In this document: piece after piece, positions 38,417 to 44,890 of the stretch
How the letters are laid out: every line of letters begins with the position of its first letter
How positions within the stretch are numbered: position 1 is the first letter of the stretch
The notes under the pieces: generated by a model
The model's input: only the letters and a program-made list of their open reading frames with translations
The model's database searches: none
Told to the model about the DNA's origin: nothing
Translations under genes and position numbers: made by a program
Source of the DNA: a bacterium
Lineage (GTDB): Bacteria > SZUA-182 > DTGQ01
Reading direction: 5' to 3'
Length of the DNA stretch: 44,890 nt
Assembly (NCBI GenBank): GCA_040752695.1
Contig: JBFMGO010000038.1
Location: forward strand, 1 to 44,890

Positions 38417-38588
38417 TAGAGAGAGCGACATACGGATACTCTTGTTGATTAATTCTCAAAATTATTCGTCCAAAAGAGTGAGGAGCGGCATAAGTTTGCC
38501 GATACAAAAAGAAGACCTCAAAGAATGAGCGCATAAAAAAATGGGCCCATAAGCCGGGGCTAAAATCTTGTTGAAAGGGGCAGAATAC

Positions 38589-39119
38589 ATGAAGCCAAAC
38601 TCGTTGGAGCCCAGAGCCTTTATTAGCTGGAGCCTTTGTTCAGAGGATGAACCGTTTATCCGCCTAATCGAAAAAATCGCCCGTGATTTTGGTTTTGAAA
38701 CCCTCAGGCCAATCCATCACGAGGAAGGAGAGAATCAAAAGTCCTTGAAAGAGCAGGTCATTGCCGGAAGCCGGCTGGCCGATTGCACCCTGATTGCCGC
38801 TACTCCTTCTTACTTACTCTGCCTTTGTGATGAGCGCAATATCGGATGGAAAGAGGTATTGGAAGCCATGACCAGAGATTTTCACCCCATCCTGGCTCTC
38901 CTGTCTCCGGAGCTTCGTGCGGAAAGGGGTATTCATCCTATGATCCAGTCCGTTACTTTAAGCATTCAAAAATCGGGCGAAGCGCATGCGCAATACCCAT
39001 TTCTTCATTATCTCTTTAACACGATTCAGCAAACGGTTCAGCAAAAAAATAATCAGGACGTGGTTGAGGAATGTATATCGGACATGAGCAGCTCTCCCTG
39101 GAAAAGATATTGTAATTGA
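38589..39119 (+). CDS. Hypothetical protein with TIR/DUF4062-like flavodoxin fold
   Basis: RAFISWS start, helix, ADCTLIAATP strand, W..VLEA helix and PILALL strand, a pattern like TIR-type domains. Confidence 0.55.
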   Translation: MKPNSLEPRAFISWSLCSEDEPFIRLIEKIARDFGFETLRPIHHEEGENQKSLKEQVIAGSRLADCTLIAATPSYLLCLCDERNIGWKEVLEAMTRDFHPILALLSPELRAERGIHPMIQSVTLSIQKSGEAHAQYPFLHYLFNTIQQTVQQKNNQDVVEECISDMSSSPWKRYCN

Positions 39120-39487
39120 AGGGGGAAAGCAAAGACCTGGGCACCCCTCCCACTCGCAGCAGGTGAGTAAACAGTGCACATAAAGGGAGGGGAATGCGCT
39201 ATTCACCTTAAGCCAGCGTCTTCCGCTGGCCATGCTTCATTCGAATCAGCCGGTACATTCCGAATCAGCCGCCGGTAAACCTTGCATCGGGCTGTAAACT
39301 CTCTGCCTTGGGCTTTAAATCCTGCGCCGGGCTGTAAAACACGCATCAGGCTCCTTTGCATCAGCTTGTATTTCTCATCGTGGATTACTGAAAAATATTC
39401 GCGGCCCTTGCCTTTTGTTTTATGGTACAATGAGGTACACGGAAAGCAGAAGGAAGGGAGCATCTGAAACCTTGCAGGAATGATCGC

Positions 39488-40429
39488 ATGCCAGAGCCAT
39501 ACCGGCAGTTTAAAATTATCCTCAATCCTATATCCGGCGCAGGCCGGGGTCTACAAAAAGGAACAGCCCTGGCCAGGCTCCTGCATCAGGCGGGGATCGG
39601 TGCAGAAGTCTTTATCACCCAAAAGGCGCAGGATGCGGAAAAAGAGGCCAAGAGAACCCACATCCCGCTGATCGTGGTCGGAGGAGATGGAACGGTTAAT
39701 GAGGTGATCAACGGTCTGGCCGGCCGGAAAATCCCTCTGGCTATCTTTCCTACGGGCACGGCCAATATTCTGGCCAGAGAATTCCATCTGCCCCGAAAAC
39801 CTGCCGCCTTTCTTTCCCTGATCGAGTCAGGAAAAACACGGCTCCTTGATGTAGGTCAACTTCACGCCGCCTCGGTTCCGATCCCAGGGCAAGCACAGTA
39901 CGATTCAGCCTTTCCACAACAGGTACAGCACAGGTTTTTAATGTTGGCCAGCATTGGTCTTGACGCGGAGATTACCCGGATTATGCGGCAAATCCGTACT
40001 GGATCGATCCACTTCCACTCCTACCTTATGCCTTTGTGGTATACATTGAAAAACTACCACTTTCGCCCTTTTACCCTGTTGATCGACGATCGGGTTGTGG
40101 TCACTCAGGTCACTACGGCAGTGATTGGAAATATGCGAAATTATGGAGGCTTTTTTTCCATTACCCACAAGGCCAGGCCCGATGACGGACTTCTCGATAT
40201 CTGCACCTTTCCTGGAAAGACCTCGCAGGATTATGTACGCTACCTGACAGGGGCCATCCTGCACCGACCCTCGGTATTTCGAGATGTAGCTTATTATCGG
40301 GGAAAAAAAGTCGAGGTTATCCAGACTCCCGGCCCGATTCCTGTTGAACTGGACGGAGATTTTTTCGGGTATGCCCCTTTTGCCTGCACACTTATTCCGC
40401 AATCGGTCCCTGTGCTCCTTCCGGCCTGA
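39488..40429 (+). CDS. Diacylglycerol/lipid kinase family protein (YegS/DgkB-like)
   Basis: ILNPISG, VGGDGTVNEVING, PTGTANILARE, GN..NYGG, DDGLLD and ELDGD. Confidence 0.93.
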   Translation: MPEPYRQFKIILNPISGAGRGLQKGTALARLLHQAGIGAEVFITQKAQDAEKEAKRTHIPLIVVGGDGTVNEVINGLAGRKIPLAIFPTGTANILAREFHLPRKPAAFLSLIESGKTRLLDVGQLHAASVPIPGQAQYDSAFPQQVQHRFLMLASIGLDAEITRIMRQIRTGSIHFHSYLMPLWYTLKNYHFRPFTLLIDDRVVVTQVTTAVIGNMRNYGGFFSITHKARPDDGLLDICTFPGKTSQDYVRYLTGAILHRPSVFRDVAYYRGKKVEVIQTPGPIPVELDGDFFGYAPFACTLIPQSVPVLLPA

Positions 40430-40468
40430 AGGCAATGGTAATATGGAATGTCCACTCCGGATTCAGGT

Positions 40469-41134
40469 TCAATAAATAAGGGGTATGAGCTTTTTTGTCT
40501 TTCGCATGTAGGCAGTATATGTTCCATCCATGGATTCGATCATGAGCTTTTCCTCATAAGAAATCCTCTTGTTAATGAATAGCCATGAGAAGATAGCGGT
40601 GGTAATGAAACCGATAAAGCTTGCATGAATTAAGGAAAAAGATAACGTTATCAGGAAAATAGCTAAGTAGCCGGGGTGTCTGATATGCTTATACACACCG
40701 TAATCCACGAGCGGCTGTTTGCCCTTTTCCGCCTTGAGGGTATAGGAAAAGTAAATCCCCAGTGTCTTCATAGCCAAGTATCTGAGGATTATTCCAAAAA
40801 TGATTAAAAAAAATCCGGCAATCTCAAAATAGATAATGAATGTGTTGTTAAGGTCAACTAATTTTATACTTAAAATTAGTCCGGTTATGCCACCCAGTTG
40901 TAAGAAGCTGTCTATAAGGTCAAGCCTTAGCGAGCCTCCTCCTTGCATCACAAACACCTCGATTGTTCCCCAGACTATGAAAAGACTCAGTAAAAGAAAT
41001 ACCGTATGCTGGAAGAATAAAGATGGCTTGTAGACAAAATAGCCCGTAATAAGCACAAGAGAGAAAATTGAGGGCATAACGACTCCCTCTAGGTTCGTCT
41101 TGAATCGTATATTCTTGTTCATTTTATATCCCAT
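40469..41134 (-). CDS. Isoprenylcysteine carboxyl methyltransferase (ICMT/PEMT) family membrane protein
   Basis: Multiple TM segments; LG.YFS, LV..GVYKHIRHPGY, RI..EE and Y..Y...T..LIP motifs. Confidence 0.88.
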   Translation of the reverse strand: MGYKMNKNIRFKTNLEGVVMPSIFSLVLITGYFVYKPSLFFQHTVFLLLSLFIVWGTIEVFVMQGGGSLRLDLIDSFLQLGGITGLILSIKLVDLNNTFIIYFEIAGFFLIIFGIILRYLAMKTLGIYFSYTLKAEKGKQPLVDYGVYKHIRHPGYLAIFLITLSFSLIHASFIGFITTAIFSWLFINKRISYEEKLMIESMDGTYTAYMRKTKKLIPLIY

Positions 41135-41439
41135 CTCTTAAGACCCTGAAAAGTATCATCTCCTTTACCACATTGACTTTGTCGAAATAATCCTCCCAGA
41201 GTATGCAATTTGTAATAACTGCATCGGAAAATTTGCTGCAAATCATGCCTCTGAAGAGAAAAACCGAATTTTCAAGAGAATGTGCAATTCGTTATTTGGG
41301 GGCTACACGTATTTATGAAGCAATATCCAAGAGGGCAAGGTAATGGTAGGAATTAAAAGAAAGGTTTGGAATATACAAGAACTATACAACTAAAAGGACA
41401 TGGTCAAGGGGGTGCTTAATTCCCGCAGCCCTTCGTTCG

Positions 41440-43581
41440 TCAGGGGTTTACTCCGAGGGAGCGCAGCATCGAGCGCACGGCTTCGGCCTGTGCATGGTGG
41501 GGATCAAGGCGCAGGACCTGGCGGTAGTGTTCCGCCGCCTTTTGATAATCTCCGAGGCGGTAGTACAGCCCGGCCAGGTTAATGTGGACATCGGCCGGGT
41601 TGACCGAAGATGACCCTTCCCTGACCAGGCGAAGAGCCTTTTGGTAATTGTCAATAGCTGATGGGAAGTCCTCCAGCCGCTCTCTGGCTATGGCCAGGTA
41701 AAAGAAGCTCTGGGAGTCAGAGGGAGAAGCCTCGGTTGCGTGAAGGTACTGTTCTTCAGCCATCCGGTATCCCTGCAGGGTGCCGTAGTCGAAGTAAATC
41801 GTGCCCAGAGAAAGGTAGGCAGGGGCGAACCGGGGGTCGTGCCTGATGGCACGCGTAAAGGCTTCCTGTGCGGCCGGGATCAGACCTGCCCTGAGGTAGG
41901 CGATTCCCAGGTTATGCTCGATGCGGGGGGAATTTCTTCGCTCGTCATTTTTGCCTGCGGCCAGTAATAAGATGGGGATAGCCTCGGTGGCTTTCCCTTC
42001 TTCGAGCAAAACATTACCCATTTCCAGGTAAGCCAGGGCAAAGTCGGGTTTTATCCTCATACTGTGCTGTAATAGCCGGCTGGCCTGCTGCAGGTCAAGC
42101 TCTTTTTGGCGGGATGACCGCTCTTTTTTAGCCTCATTCAGATAGGTGTCGGCAAGATGAGTGGCTGCATGGTAGTTATTGGGGTCAGTGCTGAGGGCAT
42201 CCTCCCATAAAGACCGGTCACTGCGCCAGACGCGGTTTCTGGCCCAGGTGAGGGAGCCATAGAATGCGATCAGCCCTATTGTCAGAAATACAACGGCGGC
42301 CTGAAGCAGTTTCCCCTTTTCCCTTTGTCCTGCCCGCTTGATGAAGGCGCTCACCAGGAGTCCGACTGCCAGACTATAGCAGAAAGAGGGGAGATACAGG
42401 TAACGGTCTGCCATCTGGGTGCTGGTGGGAACAAGGTTGGCCACGGGCAGAAGGGTGAACAAAAAAAAGACGCCGGGAAAGGCCAGAGTTGCCTGCCGGT
42501 TTCCCCACAAGAAGGCTATCCCTCCCAGAAAGATCACGATAAGGAGCCAGGAGAAGGCAAGGGAGGGAGTGAAAAGGCCAGAAGGCAGGAATACATATCG
42601 GCCTGACAGGCCAAGAGGGACAAGCAGCTTTTCAAGGTACATAACCAGGATTTTCCCGGTCAGAAGGATGGAATAAAAAAAGTTGTGGCCGAAGTATTCC
42701 TTGATTCCGGTATCGACGCTTTGTGCCCAAAAGGTGACAGCGGCTGCGAGGCAGGCCAGGAGAAAGAAAGGGATCTTGTCCTTTAGCCGAATTGCATAGT
42801 CCTCCTTGTGGAAGCACAACTCATACAGAAGAAGAATCAGAGGGAGCGTTACGGCTATAGGCTTGGTGAGCAGGGCCAGGAGGAAAAGCCCCAGAGAGAA
42901 CAGGTACCAGAAAGTATGAGTGCCGCCCGCCGATATGCGGGAGCGGGTATTTTTCATCCCCAATCCCCCCTCCATCAGCGCGCCATTCGTATCGAGTGAA
43001 AGGCATCCGGCCTCCAGAACCCAGGGCCCTGACCCCTGTGTCCCGGCCTTGTGGCTCTTCTGCCTCTTTCGAAACTGGATATATCCGTACAGGGAAAAGA
43101 GAAAGAAAAAGGCAGACAGGACATCTTTTCTTTGCGAGAGCCAGACCACGGATTCCACGTGGATGGTATGCACCGCAAATATGGCAGCTCCGATGAGGGC
43201 GGCATTGAAGGAGTGGTATAACTCCATGATCAGCAAAAAGACCAGGATGCTGTTGAGAATATGGAAAAGGACATTGACCGCCCGGTAACCTTCCGGCTGA
43301 AGCCCGAAAAGGCGATAGTCCAGTTGATAGGAAAGGAGATGGAGAGGGGCATAATTTTTGAAATAGGGCCGTGTGAAGATCGCTTTGAGGTTGGACCAGG
43401 TGAATTCTCTGATATAGGGATTTTCCTTAATGTATACCTGATCGTCCCAGTTGAGCAGAGGATTCCCGATGGAGTTGGCAAAACACAGGCCAGCCAGCGT
43501 CGCCACCAGCAGGACTGCCAGGAAAAGCCGGCCAAAAGAGCCGGTGGAAGTAGATAGCGGAATCGATGCTTTTGATTTCAT
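41440..43581 (-). CDS. TMTC-like GT-C glycosyltransferase with C-terminal TPRs
   Basis: WDD..YI.ENP after TM1; Y.PL; N..FH..N; H.IHVESV.W...RKD; LL.KP; ADRYLYLP; RN.VW....LW; then TPRs. Confidence 0.88.
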   Translation of the reverse strand: MKSKASIPLSTSTGSFGRLFLAVLLVATLAGLCFANSIGNPLLNWDDQVYIKENPYIREFTWSNLKAIFTRPYFKNYAPLHLLSYQLDYRLFGLQPEGYRAVNVLFHILNSILVFLLIMELYHSFNAALIGAAIFAVHTIHVESVVWLSQRKDVLSAFFFLFSLYGYIQFRKRQKSHKAGTQGSGPWVLEAGCLSLDTNGALMEGGLGMKNTRSRISAGGTHTFWYLFSLGLFLLALLTKPIAVTLPLILLLYELCFHKEDYAIRLKDKIPFFLLACLAAAVTFWAQSVDTGIKEYFGHNFFYSILLTGKILVMYLEKLLVPLGLSGRYVFLPSGLFTPSLAFSWLLIVIFLGGIAFLWGNRQATLAFPGVFFLFTLLPVANLVPTSTQMADRYLYLPSFCYSLAVGLLVSAFIKRAGQREKGKLLQAAVVFLTIGLIAFYGSLTWARNRVWRSDRSLWEDALSTDPNNYHAATHLADTYLNEAKKERSSRQKELDLQQASRLLQHSMRIKPDFALAYLEMGNVLLEEGKATEAIPILLLAAGKNDERRNSPRIEHNLGIAYLRAGLIPAAQEAFTRAIRHDPRFAPAYLSLGTIYFDYGTLQGYRMAEEQYLHATEASPSDSQSFFYLAIARERLEDFPSAIDNYQKALRLVREGSSSVNPADVHINLAGLYYRLGDYQKAAEHYRQVLRLDPHHAQAEAVRSMLRSLGVNP

Positions 43582-44573
43582 ATCGCTGCAGGATCCTGCT
43601 CAACAGGCTTGTGGGCCTGCATGTCGATTACTCCTCCCTGGCCGAGAAGGGAGAGGAAGGAGCATATCCAGATCATAAAAGGCATGGAGAAAAGAAAAAG
43701 TTCCGTCTGCACCAGTCTGGAGAAAAATGAGACATCCTGCCCCGATGTCCAGGTGCGGTGAAGCATCCGATAAAGACCATCCCGGGGAAACCCGATGATA
43801 TTGAGGATGCTCTGAAGCAGGCCGAAAGGGCCCTGCTCTATCGAAAAGGTATGGTACCGGCTGATGCAAAACCCGACCGAGGTAAGAAGTCTGGTCAGGG
43901 CAAAAGGATTGTATTGGTAAAGATGCCGCGGAAGGTCCAGATGAAACCAGTTGCTTCCGGCCAGACGGGCCTGAATGCTCTCGATATTCGGCACACAGAG
44001 CAAAAGGACACCCCCGGGGGTAAGAATCCGGAAAATCTCCCGAAGCACTTCCGCCGGGTTAGGCAGGTGTTCCAGTACATGCCATACAATAACCAGGTCA
44101 AAGAACCGGTTAGGAAAATGGCAGTCCAAGAGTCCTTGAGTAAAAATCCTGACTCCCGGTATGGAGGCTGCCGCGCGGGCTGAAAAGGGAGACAGTTCAG
44201 TGCCGTAAGATTCGTATCCGTTCTTTTGCAGAATCTTCAACGATTGTCCTCGCCCGCATCCGATATCCAGCGCTCTTTTCCTTTTTAGGGGAAGACCTGC
44301 AGCCCTTTCGGTTCGCAGGCGGCAAAAGAGCTGGACAAAAGCTTCCAGAGATTCATGAAATTTTTCATTATGGATTCCATAGTATTCCGGAGGGTAAAAT
44401 TCCTGTATCCGGGAAGGGGAGGGCAGAGGATCAATCCACCAGAGGTTGCAGTGAGGACATCGGACTAAAACCGCAGATGGGCAGCCGAAAGAACTTCCCT
44501 GAGCTACAATTTTAGTTTGAACAGGACCACACAGAAGACAGGTGGTCAGCTTGGTGCACCGGGTTTTTCCCAT
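43578..44573 (-). CDS. Class I SAM-dependent methyltransferase with N-terminal zinc ribbon
   Basis: CLLC...CPHC, LDIGCGRG, WHVLEH, L.PGG..L.VPN and PRHL. 4-bp overlap with the TMTC-like gene. Confidence 0.9.
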   Translation of the reverse strand: MGKTRCTKLTTCLLCGPVQTKIVAQGSSFGCPSAVLVRCPHCNLWWIDPLPSPSRIQEFYPPEYYGIHNEKFHESLEAFVQLFCRLRTERAAGLPLKRKRALDIGCGRGQSLKILQKNGYESYGTELSPFSARAAASIPGVRIFTQGLLDCHFPNRFFDLVIVWHVLEHLPNPAEVLREIFRILTPGGVLLLCVPNIESIQARLAGSNWFHLDLPRHLYQYNPFALTRLLTSVGFCISRYHTFSIEQGPFGLLQSILNIIGFPRDGLYRMLHRTWTSGQDVSFFSRLVQTELFLFSMPFMIWICSFLSLLGQGGVIDMQAHKPVEQDPAAI

Positions 44574-44841
44574 GGAATCTTTTATCGTTCCGTTTCTTAT
44601 TCAAAAAAACCTTTATTCTATGCTTTTGCACTTTTTAGTAACTGCTTGAAATAACAATAACCTCTTAATGACAAAAAGTGCAAGAGCATAGCTTTATTGA
44701 GAAACTTTTATTCAGGTCTTTATTCAGCCACTCGTTCAAAAGAAAGAGAGTATTTCTGGCAGCATCCTTAACCTGTGTCATTCTAAACCTTATTTTAGCA
44801 GATTTTTTGATTCTTTGACTGCTTTTTATTGCCCGGAAAAT

Positions 44842-44876
44842 AAAAAAACCCACAGCCCTTTGTGCTGTGGGTTTTT
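44842..44876. terminator. Bidirectional intrinsic terminator
   Basis: A7-CCCACAGC loop GCTGTGGG-T5. Confidence 0.8.
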
Positions 44877-44890
44877 GACTGTCAAAAATA

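Noticed and set aside
41233..41250. Possible sigma54 site upstream of the ICMT gene (AGGCATGATTTGCAGC)
   Set aside because: GG-to-GC spacing is off by one base, which sigma54 does not tolerate.

Overview
Bacterial chromosomal segment of roughly 50% GC. Gene content (CFI-like C-terminal tails, DUF1638-type sensor, YchF paralog, sigma54 promoters) is reminiscent of anaerobic Desulfobacterota-like or candidate-phylum genomes, but this is inference. No rRNA, tRNA, CRISPR array or intact IS was seen. Left to right it encodes: two very large secreted surface proteins (a 14-blade beta-propeller protein and a 9xPKD/FN3 protein); an Smr protein; an acidic repeat lipoprotein; a DksA/TraR zinc finger; two tandem sulfatase-fold/TPR lipoproteins whose catalytic motif is TLPSH rather than (C/S)xPxR; an atypical YchF; an Rpn-family PD-(D/E)xK nuclease; a secreted HExxH metalloprotease; a DUF1638-PAS hybrid kinase preceded by an apparent deletion scar of a corrinoid protein/methyltransferase pair; an ECF sigma/anti-sigma/Spy-CpxP/TolC/MacAB operon; a MoxR-like AAA+ ATPase with a TraB/Tiki-like partner; a stand-alone 3-hydroxyacyl-CoA dehydrogenase NAD-binding domain; a TIR-like protein; a DAG-kinase family protein; an ICMT-family protein; a TMTC-like glycosyltransferase-TPR protein; and a SAM methyltransferase. 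Intergenic DNA carries REP-like palindromes, heptamer repeats and several short direct-repeat arrays. All family calls are motif recognition by eye; no database search was run.
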